47,902 nucleotides of DNA, taken from the NCBI GenBank assembly GCA_009930415.1, contig RZYG01000002.1:1-47902 (forward strand), read 5' to 3'. The notes below the pieces were generated by a model. That model saw nothing but the letters and a program-made list of their open reading frames with translations, had not been told where the DNA came from and ran no database searches. How positions within the stretch are numbered: the stretch's first letter is position 1; each line of letters starts with the position of its first letter. Positions 23,898 through 32,704 of this stretch are shown here, piece after piece. The stretch comes from Spartobacteria bacterium. Lineage in GTDB: Bacteria > Verrucomicrobiota > Kiritimatiellia > CAIQIC01 > Lenti-01. The position numbers were made by a program, and so were the translations under genes.

Positions 23898-25681
23898 TCG
23901 CGGCCGAACTTGCGGTTCAGTTCGCGCATCCCGAGCAAAATGACGGTGGGTTTGCCGCGCGGCGAGGTGTAGGGCATCTCGGTTTGCGACAGATCGCGGA
24001 CCAGCGCGTACAGTTCGGCATCGGTCAACTCGCGCTGGAGGCCAACGGCTTGCCGGCCGGCGACGTCCGCGACGAGCGGCAAGGCCCAGTCGCGGGCGGC
24101 GCCCTTGCCGCCCTGCAGCAGGCCATCGGCGACGTCCGACAGCAGCGCTCCGGGCGCGACGCCCGCGATCCACGTCGGCAAGGCATCGACCAGGAACGTG
24201 TCGGCGCCGAAATCAGCCACGCCGAAGCCCAGTTCCTTGAGCAACTCGAGGTGCTTGCGCAGCGCGGCGGCCTGCGTCGGCGAAACCACCACGGTGGCGG
24301 GCGGGAGCAGCCCTTGCGCGGGGACCTGCCGTTTTTCCATCGCGCCCAGCAGGCGTTCGTAGAGGACGCGCTCGTGCGCCGAACGCGGATCCATCAGCAC
24401 GAGGCCGTCGGCGGTCTCCAGCACGACGTACTGCCCTCCCACGCGTCCCAGCAGGCGGTATTCGGCCCACGGCGCGGCCCGCTCCGAGGTGGGCTCGGGG
24501 ACCGGGACCGGCGGCGGGGACCAGTCCAACTTGGGTTGGATCGCGGCGACCGGTGGCGGCACCGAAATCGGCGCCGGTGCCGGCGCCGCCGGCGCGCCGG
24601 TCGTCGCGGAAAAGGCCGGGCGGACCGGTTCGCGGCGGAAATCGTCGCGCTTGCCGCGCGGGAGGTCCCCGCCGGAAATCGCCAGTCGAATGGCTTCGAC
24701 GACGACGTCGCGCACTTCCGTCGGCCGGCGGAAGCGCACTTCCTTCTTGGCCGGGTGCACGTTGACGTCGACCAGATCCGTCGGCAGATCCACGTGCAGG
24801 AACAATGGCGCGAAGCGACCGCCGACCAGCACGTCGCGGTAGGCGTTCTGCACGGCGAAATTGAGGACCGGCGATCCGGCGGGTCGCCCGTTGACGAACG
24901 TGACCTGCCATTCGCGGTCGAGGCGGCTGAACGGCGGCAGCCCGGCATAGCCGCCGATTTCCACGACGCCGTTGCCGAAGCGGATGGGCCGCAGATGGCC
25001 GGCGACTTCCGGACCGTAGAGGTCGCGGATGCGGTCGAGGAGGTTGCCCGCCGCGGGCAGGCGGTAGACGTCGGCGTCGTCGGCGCGCAGGACGAAGGCG
25101 ATGCCGACGTGCGCCAGCGCCTCGAGCAGGAACGCCTGGCGGACGTGCGTGAACTCGGTCGGGGCGGAGCGCAGGAACTTGCGGCGGGCGGGCACGTTGA
25201 AAAACAGGTTGCGCACGGCGATGTCGGTGCCGCGCGGAGCGCCGGCATCGCGCACGTCCTGGATCTTGCCGCCGAAGATCAGGATTTCGGTGCCGGCGGC
25301 CGCGCCTTCCCGGTTGGTGACGAGCGAGAACTGCGAGACGGACGCGATGGCCGCCAGCGCCTCGCCGCGGAAGCCCAGCGTGGCGATGGTATCGAGATCC
25401 TTCAGCTCGCGCAGCTTGCTGGTGGCGTGGCGTTCGATGGACAGCAGCGCATTGTCGCGGTCCATGCCCGAGCCGTCGTCGCGGACGCGGACGAGCCGCC
25501 GGCCGCCATCGACCACCTCGATTTCGACGAGGGTCGCGCCGGCGTCGATGGCGTTCTCGACCAGTTCCTTGAGGGCGGACGCCGGGCGCTCGACGACCTC
25601 CCCCGCGGCGATCTGGTTGATCACCGCGTCGGGCAGGACGCGAATGGGCGTGGGTGCGGACATGGAGGCCGGTTCTAGCAC
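23894..25681 (-). CDS. mutL: DNA mismatch repair protein MutL
   Basis: N-terminal GHKL ATPase motifs VINQIAAGEVVERPASALKELVENAIDAGAT and DDGSGM. Pro-rich linker and C-terminal dimerisation domain. The start may be MSAPTP at 25663. Confidence 0.9.
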   Translation of the reverse strand: MLEPASMSAPTPIRVLPDAVINQIAAGEVVERPASALKELVENAIDAGATLVEIEVVDGGRRLVRVRDDGSGMDRDNALLSIERHATSKLRELKDLDTIATLGFRGEALAAIASVSQFSLVTNREGAAAGTEILIFGGKIQDVRDAGAPRGTDIAVRNLFFNVPARRKFLRSAPTEFTHVRQAFLLEALAHVGIAFVLRADDADVYRLPAAGNLLDRIRDLYGPEVAGHLRPIRFGNGVVEIGGYAGLPPFSRLDREWQVTFVNGRPAGSPVLNFAVQNAYRDVLVGGRFAPLFLHVDLPTDLVDVNVHPAKKEVRFRRPTEVRDVVVEAIRLAISGGDLPRGKRDDFRREPVRPAFSATTGAPAAPAPAPISVPPPVAAIQPKLDWSPPPVPVPEPTSERAAPWAEYRLLGRVGGQYVVLETADGLVLMDPRSAHERVLYERLLGAMEKRQVPAQGLLPPATVVVSPTQAAALRKHLELLKELGFGVADFGADTFLVDALPTWIAGVAPGALLSDVADGLLQGGKGAARDWALPLVADVAGRQAVGLQRELTDAELYALVRDLSQTEMPYTSPRGKPTVILLGMRELNRKFGRE

Positions 25682-25702
25682 GTTCCCGTTCCAAACCAGA
25701 GC

Positions 25703-25736
25703 AAAAAAGAAAGGCGCGCGCCGAAGGGCGCGCGCC
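25703..25736 (-). terminator. intrinsic terminator of the exb operon
   Basis: Minus sense: GGCGCGCGCC-CTTC-GGCGCGCGCC followed by TTTCTTTTTT, 21 nt after the stop at 25757. Confidence 0.75.
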
Positions 25737-25756
25737 GGAAAGTCGCCCGGCGGACC

Positions 25757-27232
25757 CTACATGATTTCGATGGTGACGTCGTCGGCGGACTTCTGGTCGA
25801 TGACTTCCGCCGCGATCGGCTTGTAGGTCGGCAAGAAGCGATAGTAGACTTGGAGGGTCAGGGCCGCCAACGTCGTGGCATAGACTTGGCTGTTGATGCC
25901 GTCGCCGCGGAATTCGCGCGTCACGCCGTCGCCGGTGAGCGCATGGCCCGGCGAGGTCCAGCTGCCGTCGGGGCTTTGGTTCCGGACGAGCGTCGGAGCG
26001 AATTTGTTGTTCCACGACGTCCACGCGGCGCCGCCATGGTGGAACTTGGCTTGGCTGACGTAGTACCAGGAGTAGATGGGCGCCTGTTCGGGATTCGACC
26101 AGCTGCAATCGGCGCTGCGCAGGAAGTTGAGCCCGCTCTTGGTCGCGTTGTGGTCGGCGTAGCCCAGCAATTGCAGGCAGAGCACCGAGACGGCGGTCAT
26201 GTTGGGCTGCCGGCCGGGATTGGCGGCGGAATACGGGAAGCCGCCGTCCTGGCGCTGGCGCTGGATGAGGAATTGGGCGGCTTTTTCCATGGCCTCTTTC
26301 AATCCGGGATTTTCCGCCCCGGCGATATAGGCGGCTTTCAGGGCCTGGATGCAGAAGCCGGACAGCGACACGTCCCAGCGCGTGTTGTCGCCCTTGTCGA
26401 AGGTGTACATGATCCAGCCGCCGTGGTCCTTTTGGCCGGTCAGCAACAACTGGATGGCGCGTTCCATGACGGGCTTCAGCGAAGGAATGCGGGTCATGCC
26501 GTAGGCTTCGCTGATGGCATAGCAGCAAATGGCGTGGCCGTAGACGCCGCGGGAGCCTTCGGTTTTCACGAATTCGCCTTTTTCGTTCTGGCGCGCGATC
26601 AGATAGCGGATGGCCGACATGATGGTCGGGCCGTATTTTTCCGAAGCCGTGGTCTCGCCGTGGGCCAGATAGGTCAGGATGGCCAGACCGGCATAGGCTT
26701 CCTTGTCGTTGGTGCCCCAGGATCCGTCCTTGTTCTGGTTGATGCGCAGCCATTCGAGGGCGCGGAGCACGGCGGCTTCGGTGTATTTGCCCCAGTCGCC
26801 CCCGTATTGGCCAATGGCCGCCGCGCGGCCCGCGCCGCTGCGGTTGGACATCTGGCCGGGCGCCAGGCCGCGCAGGACGATCGGGCTGATGGCGTCGGAG
26901 GCGATGTTCAGTTCGACGGTTTCCTGCACGGGGGCGGCGGCGAAGTCCTGGACGTCGGGCGGCGGAGTCATGTCGATGTCCACGTCGGGCGGCGTGATTT
27001 CCGTCATGTCGGGCAATTCTTCGGGCGGCTTCTCCTCGAGCAGGTCTTCGAGTTCCTTTTGGTCCACGTCGATGACGGTGACTTCGATGCCGGGATCCTT
27101 CTCCTTCGGCTTGATCATGCTGGCGAAAAGGATCAAGGCCACGATCGCGACGATGTGGAGGGTGATGGAGCCGACCGGGCCGGCCGCCCACTCCATGAAG
27201 TTCTTGTGCAAGGCCTTGATAGATGCATCCAT
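25757..27232 (-). CDS. TonB-like membrane-anchored protein with a prenyltransferase/terpene-cyclase-like repeat domain
   Basis: 491 aa. TM helix GSITLHIVAIVALILF carries an SxxxH motif. Pro/Glu-rich spacer (EEKPPEELPDMTEITPPDVDIDMTPPPDV). Then five Q..DG(S/G)W-type repeats: QNKDGSWG, QNEKGEF, GQKDHGGW, QRQDGGFPY, NQSPDGSWTS. Confidence 0.7.
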   Translation of the reverse strand: MDASIKALHKNFMEWAAGPVGSITLHIVAIVALILFASMIKPKEKDPGIEVTVIDVDQKELEDLLEEKPPEELPDMTEITPPDVDIDMTPPPDVQDFAAAPVQETVELNIASDAISPIVLRGLAPGQMSNRSGAGRAAAIGQYGGDWGKYTEAAVLRALEWLRINQNKDGSWGTNDKEAYAGLAILTYLAHGETTASEKYGPTIMSAIRYLIARQNEKGEFVKTEGSRGVYGHAICCYAISEAYGMTRIPSLKPVMERAIQLLLTGQKDHGGWIMYTFDKGDNTRWDVSLSGFCIQALKAAYIAGAENPGLKEAMEKAAQFLIQRQRQDGGFPYSAANPGRQPNMTAVSVLCLQLLGYADHNATKSGLNFLRSADCSWSNPEQAPIYSWYYVSQAKFHHGGAAWTSWNNKFAPTLVRNQSPDGSWTSPGHALTGDGVTREFRGDGINSQVYATTLAALTLQVYYRFLPTYKPIAAEVIDQKSADDVTIEIM

Positions 27233-27262
27233 GGCAAATCTCCGGCTACGTACCCACGTTGA

Positions 27263-27676
27263 TCAATTCGACGCGCTCACCACGGACAGACTTTTCAGCC
27301 CGTTCTTCGCGCACAAGTTCAAGGCCTCCACCAGCTGCCCGTGATCCGACACGGCCGAGACCGTGATCATGATGGTCTGGCCGGCGTCGATCGAAGCGAC
27401 CTTGGCGAGGGCTTCGTCGAGGCGCTCCGGCGTGGCCCGCACGTCGTTGACGGTATAGCCGTCCTGGAAGACGCCGACGCGGACGAGGTTCGGCGGTTTC
27501 TGGTCCTTCGGCGCGTTGGGATCCGGCGCGGGCCGGAAGACGTCGAGGTTGGTGATCACGTCGACCGGCTTGGTCGTCACGATGAAGTAGATCAGCAGCT
27601 GGAAGACGACGTCGATCATCGGCGTCATTTCCAGCTCGGCCGCCGGCGAGTCGGGGCGTTTGCGTGTTCTGGCCAT
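27263..27676 (-). CDS. exbD: ExbD/TolR family biopolymer transport protein
   Basis: 137 aa. LEMTPMIDVVFQLLIYFIVT signature. Confidence 0.85.
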   Translation of the reverse strand: MARTRKRPDSPAAELEMTPMIDVVFQLLIYFIVTTKPVDVITNLDVFRPAPDPNAPKDQKPPNLVRVGVFQDGYTVNDVRATPERLDEALAKVASIDAGQTIMITVSAVSDHGQLVEALNLCAKNGLKSLSVVSASN

Positions 27677-27691
27677 GGGGTCCCTTTCCGG

Positions 27692-28102
27692 CTAGGCCTT
27701 TTCCTTGAGCGCGGCGAAGCGGATCTTCCAGAGGCCCGCCTTGCCGCAGATGTCCATCACCCGTTTGATCGCCTCGTGTTTCGTCACCAGATCGCCGCGG
27801 ATCACGACGGGCGTGCTCTGCCCGGAGGTTTTCCGGGCGTTGTTGAGGATCGTCAGGAGCTGGCCCTCGCTGATGGTCGTCTTCATGATCTGGATCCGGC
27901 CGTCCGCGATCACGTCCACCGTGACCGTGCGCGGATCCTTGACTTCCTCGACGGGGCCGTTGGGGGCCATGGCCATGCGGACGTTGGATTCCATGGCCTT
28001 GCTCTGCATGGCCGCCGTCACGACGAAGAAGATGATGAGCTGGAACACGACGTCGATCATCGGCGTCATGTCCAGCTTGGCATCCGTGTACTGCTTTTTC
28101 AT
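27692..28102 (-). CDS. exbD: ExbD/TolR family biopolymer transport protein (second copy)
   Basis: 136 aa. LDMTPMIDVVFQLIIFFVVT signature. Confidence 0.85.
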   Translation of the reverse strand: MKKQYTDAKLDMTPMIDVVFQLIIFFVVTAAMQSKAMESNVRMAMAPNGPVEEVKDPRTVTVDVIADGRIQIMKTTISEGQLLTILNNARKTSGQSTPVVIRGDLVTKHEAIKRVMDICGKAGLWKIRFAALKEKA

Positions 28103-28129
28103 GGGCGTCTCCCCGGGCGGGGCGGAGGG

Positions 28130-28924
28130 TTATTCCTCCACCACTTCCACGTTGCGCAGGGCCTTGATCAGGTCCATCGTCATGCCTTCCATGGTCAGGA
28201 TGATGCGCGCCAGGCGGTTCTTGAAGTAGGTATAGAGCGAGACGGCCGGAATGGCCACCACCAGGCCGGCGGCGGTCGTCCAGAGGGCCTGGGCGATGTT
28301 CATGGCGAGCATGGACTGCTGGGCGGCGCCGGCCTGGCTGGAACCCAGGTTGCCGAACGCCATGATCATGCCTTGGACGGTGCCGAGCAGGCCGAGCATG
28401 GGGGCGATGGACCCGCACATGTTGAGGTAGGCCACCCGTTGCATCAGCTTTTCGCTTTCGAGATCGGCGGCGGCGCCGACCTGTTCCTGGATGACCTCGA
28501 ACCCTTCCTTCACGTTGCGGAAGCCGGCCTGCAGGATGGAGGGCAGCGGGCCCTGCTCCTTTTCGACGCGCTGGAGGGCTTTCATGACGTCGCCCTGCTC
28601 CATGGCCTCGCGGACTTCGGAGACGAGGTTGTCGGGGATGATCTTCTTGGGATTGATGGTGATGAAGAAGTCGATCGCCAGCCACGCGGCGGCGATGGAG
28701 TCGCCCAGCAGGGCGAGCCACAGCACGATGCCGAGCCAGCCGGAACCGGCGATGATCTGCCACAGATTGGCGCTGCCGCCGGAATCGGCTTCCGTCGCGC
28801 CTTCCATGACGATTTCGCCGGCCGCCGCCGCGGGAGCGGCCGCATCCTGGGCGAGCACGAGCGCGGGAATCAACGCCAGGGCCGCCAGCACCATCCACAC
28901 CATCAACCGGAATTTCTTGGACAT
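28130..28924 (-). CDS. exbB: MotA/TolQ/ExbB proton-channel protein
   Basis: Start MSKKFRL with a signal-like N-terminus. C-terminal channel motifs GSIAPMLGLLGTVQGMI...ALWTTAAGLVVAIP. Confidence 0.85.
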   Translation of the reverse strand: MSKKFRLMVWMVLAALALIPALVLAQDAAAPAAAAGEIVMEGATEADSGGSANLWQIIAGSGWLGIVLWLALLGDSIAAAWLAIDFFITINPKKIIPDNLVSEVREAMEQGDVMKALQRVEKEQGPLPSILQAGFRNVKEGFEVIQEQVGAAADLESEKLMQRVAYLNMCGSIAPMLGLLGTVQGMIMAFGNLGSSQAGAAQQSMLAMNIAQALWTTAAGLVVAIPAVSLYTYFKNRLARIILTMEGMTMDLIKALRNVEVVEE

Positions 28925-28952
28925 GATCGTTCTCCTTCGTTTCCTTTTTAAA

Positions 28953-29741
28953 TCACATCTTGCCGCGGGCCTGCGCCGCATAGGGCGAGCTGCCGAAGTC
29001 CGCGACGACTTTCTTGTACATCTCTTTCGCGCGCGGGTCGCGCAGCTGTTCGAGAACGGCGGCGGCCTTGTAGGTGGCCTCGCCCAGGAGGGCCGGATCC
29101 TTGACGTCGGCGAACAGGATGGCCGTGCGCAGGTAGTCCAGCGCGGCGGGTTCGAGGTGGTTCTGGTCGAGCTCGACGTCGCCGCGCATGATCTGGGCCT
29201 TGGCGGCGTCGAGGCGGTTGCCCGCGGCGGCCGTGGCGTCGAGCTGGCGGAGCAGCGCGGGATATTGCTTGGCTTTGAGCATGGCCCCGCGCATGCCCCA
29301 GACGGCGTCGGCGTTCTGCTTTTGGGCGGGATCCAGCAGGAAGAGCTGTTCGTAGGCCTTGACGGCGCCCTCGGCGTCGCCGGCGCCCAACCGGGCCTGG
29401 GCGAGCAGCTTGGCGGCCTCGACGTCCCAGCCGAGATAGCGGTATTTCGCCACGATGCCTTCCAGCAGCTTGGCGGCCACGTCGTACTTCTGGGCCCTGA
29501 GCGCCGCGGCGGCCTGGTCGTATTCCGCCGGCTTGTCGGCCACGGCCCGGACGTAGCTGCCCTTCGGGAAGGTGCGCATGCCCATGTCCGTCGTCAGGTT
29601 GACGTCGCCGTTGGCCAGCGCGCGGATGGCCTGGCCGGTCACGCGCGAACCGTTGGGAAGCTCCACGTAGGGCGCGGCCGAGGCCGCCGTCGCGGCCAGC
29701 ACCGCGCTCAGGACGAGTCCGCCGATTGTCGTTTTCTTCAT
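28953..29741 (-). CDS. secreted TPR-repeat protein
   Basis: 262 aa. Signal peptide MKKTTIGGLVLSAVLAATAASA, then TPR-like helical repeats. Confidence 0.7.
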   Translation of the reverse strand: MKKTTIGGLVLSAVLAATAASAAPYVELPNGSRVTGQAIRALANGDVNLTTDMGMRTFPKGSYVRAVADKPAEYDQAAAALRAQKYDVAAKLLEGIVAKYRYLGWDVEAAKLLAQARLGAGDAEGAVKAYEQLFLLDPAQKQNADAVWGMRGAMLKAKQYPALLRQLDATAAAGNRLDAAKAQIMRGDVELDQNHLEPAALDYLRTAILFADVKDPALLGEATYKAAAVLEQLRDPRAKEMYKKVVADFGSSPYAAQARGKM

Positions 29742-29769
29742 GGCTTTTCTTCTCCTGTTTCCAAATCGT

Positions 29770-32589
29770 CTACGGGGCGGCGGCGGGCGCGGATTCCGGC
29801 GCGGGCGCGCCGGGCGCTTCCGCGTTGGCCTGGAACGAAGCCGAGGTGCGCTTCTGGCGCACGGCGGCGACGGCGGAACCCGTCGGGTAGAGCCGCAGAT
29901 ACACGTCGCAGCTTTCGACCACGTCGGCGTGCTTGCCCATTTCCGTGCCCAGATCGATGGCGGCGAGGATGGCCTTCTCGACCTGCGCGCGCTCCAATTC
30001 GGTCTTCATGGCCTGGCTGCCGAAATACTCCATGCGCTTGTAGGTCGCCAAGGCGCCTTTCTGGTCCTGTTCCTGCAACAGGATGTCCGCATAGAGCAGG
30101 CTGGCGTCGTTGACCACTTCCGGATCGCGCGCGTACTTGAACACGTCGTTGAGCGCGGTCTTGGCGGCGGAAAGTTCGTTCAGGGCGAGGTTGGCGCGGG
30201 CGATCGTGAACTTGGCCTTGTAGAACAAGGCGGAATTCGGCCAGCGGACCATCAGGTCGTCGAGCGCGGCGACGGCGCCCGCGTGGTCGCCGGTCTCGAA
30301 CTTGGCGGCGCCGGCGCCGTAGAGCGCGCGCTCCAGCAGGGCCCGGTCCATCTGGTCCAACGCATCCGCGGGCTTGCCCGTGATCTGCCCGAAGGCGGAG
30401 GCGGCTTCCGCCCACTGTTCCTTGTCCAGCATGGCTTGCCCGACGCGCGCGAACTCGTCGAGCGAATAGCTGCCGGGATTGGCCAGCATGGCGGCCAGCG
30501 CCTCGCGGGCCTGGTCGAACTGGCCGAGGTCGAGCGCGCCGCTGATGCGGGCGTATTGCGCGTTCTTGCCTTCGTCGGTGTCCGGGTACTCCGCGGCGAG
30601 CCGCGCGAAGGTCTCGTTGGCGCCCGGATCCTTGAGCGCCATCTGGAGCGAGCCCTTCAGGTTGAGGCCTTTGGGCGCGAGCTCGGACTTCGGATAGAAG
30701 CCGAGGAATTCATCCAGCTTGGCGATGGCGGCCTTGCGGGTGGCGTCGTTCGGCAACCGGCTCAGGCTGTAGGCGAAGTTGAAGCGGGCCTGTTCCAGCA
30801 GCTTGGCGTTGCGGTCCTTGTCGGCCTGCGACGTGCCATAGGGATTGTCCGGCGGCGCGATCGCCTTGATGAGGGCATCGAACTGGCGGACGGCCTCGGC
30901 CAGCTGGCCGGTGCGGCGGAGGCAATCGCCGAGGGCGAACATCGCCTGGGCGCGGGTGGGACTGGGCTGCGACTGCTCGATGAAGAGCCGCATGCCTTCG
31001 ACGGCGCCGGCGTAGTCCTTGTCCAGATAGGCCTTCCAGGCGCGCTTGCTGAGCGCCTTGGGATAGTTCTGGTCGTTCTGGTAGTCGGTGATGATCTTGG
31101 CCAGATAGGCGTTGGCCTCTTCGGTTTGCCCCGCCTGCTCGGCCTTGGCCGCCAGATAGAACAGGATCTGGCCCGCGCGCACGTCCGTCGGGCAGTATTC
31201 GAGATAGCGGTCGAACATGTACTTCGACATCGCGGCGTTGCCGGCCTTGTCGTAGAGCTGCGCGGCCGAGATGAGCCCCTTGGCGGGGATGTCGCTCTTG
31301 GCGGCGAAGCGTTCGCCGAGATAGTTCGCCGCCACCTTGGCGTAGAGGTCGTCGTTGAGGTTCAGGTAGCACTGGACCAGGTTGCCCACCGCGCCGATGG
31401 ACAGATCCCCCGCCTCCGGGAACTGCCCCAGCACGCGCACGTACTCCGCCGCCGCATCGGCATGCTTTTTCTGGCGGAACAGGTTGTCGGCCATCATGAA
31501 TTCCGTGCCCGCCGCCTTGTTGGCCAGCGTGTCGGGCAGGTCGATCTTGACCGTCTTGCCGTACTTGGTTTCGAGGATGGTCTTGATGTCCTTGGCGGCC
31601 ATGCCGGCGCTAGGTCCCCACTCGCTGTCGCCGTACTTCACGAACACGTTGTAGTACTCGCCCAGGGCGCCGCTGTACGCCTTGATCGCCTCGTCGGCCT
31701 TGCTCTCGCCGGCCAGCTTGTCGGCCTCTTCCTTCAGCAAACGGCCCAGCAGCGAGCGCGCCCCCGCCATCGGGCTCTCGCGCATCGGCAAGCCCAGCTC
31801 CTGCAGGCTGACGTCGATGGGCTTGATGATGTCCATGTAATCCATCAGCACCTTCCGCGCGCCGGCGGCATTGCCCTTGGCCAGCTCGATGTTGGCCATG
31901 ATGACGATGGAATCCACGAACTGCAGGTCCAGCCCGCCCCACTGGAGGGTCTCGCAGATCTTCTGGGCCTCTTCCAGCAGCTTGTTCTTCTCGTCGCCGC
32001 TCTTCTGCTCGGCGGCCTTGACCAGCGCTTGCGCGCGGGACACCTGCAGCGCGCGCTTCTGCTCGGCGCTCTCGAGCACGTCTTCCACCCGCTGGAAGCT
32101 CGCCGCCGCCGCCAGATGGTCGCCCGCCATCGTCAGGATCTGCGCGTACTTGAACGCCGCATCCCGATACCGCAGCAGCACGTCCGGATCCGTCGGCTTC
32201 TTGCCCTCGTACATCTTGAAGAAGGCGTCGTAGAGTTCCCGCGACTTGGCTTCGTTGCCGACCGCGAAATAGTTGAACGCCAGCACCAGGTTGATCGCCT
32301 GCGCCTTCGGGTTCGCCAGCCCCATCTCGTTGACGATCGCTTCCGCTTCCGCGAACTGCCGCCGCTGGACCAGGATTTCGGCCTGCACGACCTTGCTGCG
32401 GTCTTTCAGGGACGGATCCTTCGCCAGCAGGGCGTCGATGACCTTCTGCGCGAAGTCCGGAAAGGAAGGCGCATGGGAAACCAGCCCCGACGCGAACGCG
32501 AATTCCTCGTCCACCCCCGCCCCCGCCGTCGTTCCGCCCAGCATTAGGCAGCCCGCCAGCATCATCCCGATCCAGTTTCCGCTCTTCAT
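29770..32589 (-). CDS. large TPR-repeat lipoprotein
   Basis: Start taken at MKSGNWIG, with lipobox MLAGC. About 940 aa of TPR-like repeats. First gene of the co-directional exb operon. Confidence 0.7.
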   Translation of the reverse strand: MKSGNWIGMMLAGCLMLGGTTAGAGVDEEFAFASGLVSHAPSFPDFAQKVIDALLAKDPSLKDRSKVVQAEILVQRRQFAEAEAIVNEMGLANPKAQAINLVLAFNYFAVGNEAKSRELYDAFFKMYEGKKPTDPDVLLRYRDAAFKYAQILTMAGDHLAAAASFQRVEDVLESAEQKRALQVSRAQALVKAAEQKSGDEKNKLLEEAQKICETLQWGGLDLQFVDSIVIMANIELAKGNAAGARKVLMDYMDIIKPIDVSLQELGLPMRESPMAGARSLLGRLLKEEADKLAGESKADEAIKAYSGALGEYYNVFVKYGDSEWGPSAGMAAKDIKTILETKYGKTVKIDLPDTLANKAAGTEFMMADNLFRQKKHADAAAEYVRVLGQFPEAGDLSIGAVGNLVQCYLNLNDDLYAKVAANYLGERFAAKSDIPAKGLISAAQLYDKAGNAAMSKYMFDRYLEYCPTDVRAGQILFYLAAKAEQAGQTEEANAYLAKIITDYQNDQNYPKALSKRAWKAYLDKDYAGAVEGMRLFIEQSQPSPTRAQAMFALGDCLRRTGQLAEAVRQFDALIKAIAPPDNPYGTSQADKDRNAKLLEQARFNFAYSLSRLPNDATRKAAIAKLDEFLGFYPKSELAPKGLNLKGSLQMALKDPGANETFARLAAEYPDTDEGKNAQYARISGALDLGQFDQAREALAAMLANPGSYSLDEFARVGQAMLDKEQWAEAASAFGQITGKPADALDQMDRALLERALYGAGAAKFETGDHAGAVAALDDLMVRWPNSALFYKAKFTIARANLALNELSAAKTALNDVFKYARDPEVVNDASLLYADILLQEQDQKGALATYKRMEYFGSQAMKTELERAQVEKAILAAIDLGTEMGKHADVVESCDVYLRLYPTGSAVAAVRQKRTSASFQANAEAPGAPAPESAPAAAP

Positions 32590-32704
32590 GGTTCGATCCA
32601 TCTCCTGCAAAAGTGGATGCCCAGCCGACGAACGTCGTTGCAGATTCATGGCTTGTTTATATTCCTACAACCGCGCTATCGTCAACCCTTAAGGAATCTA
32701 TTTC

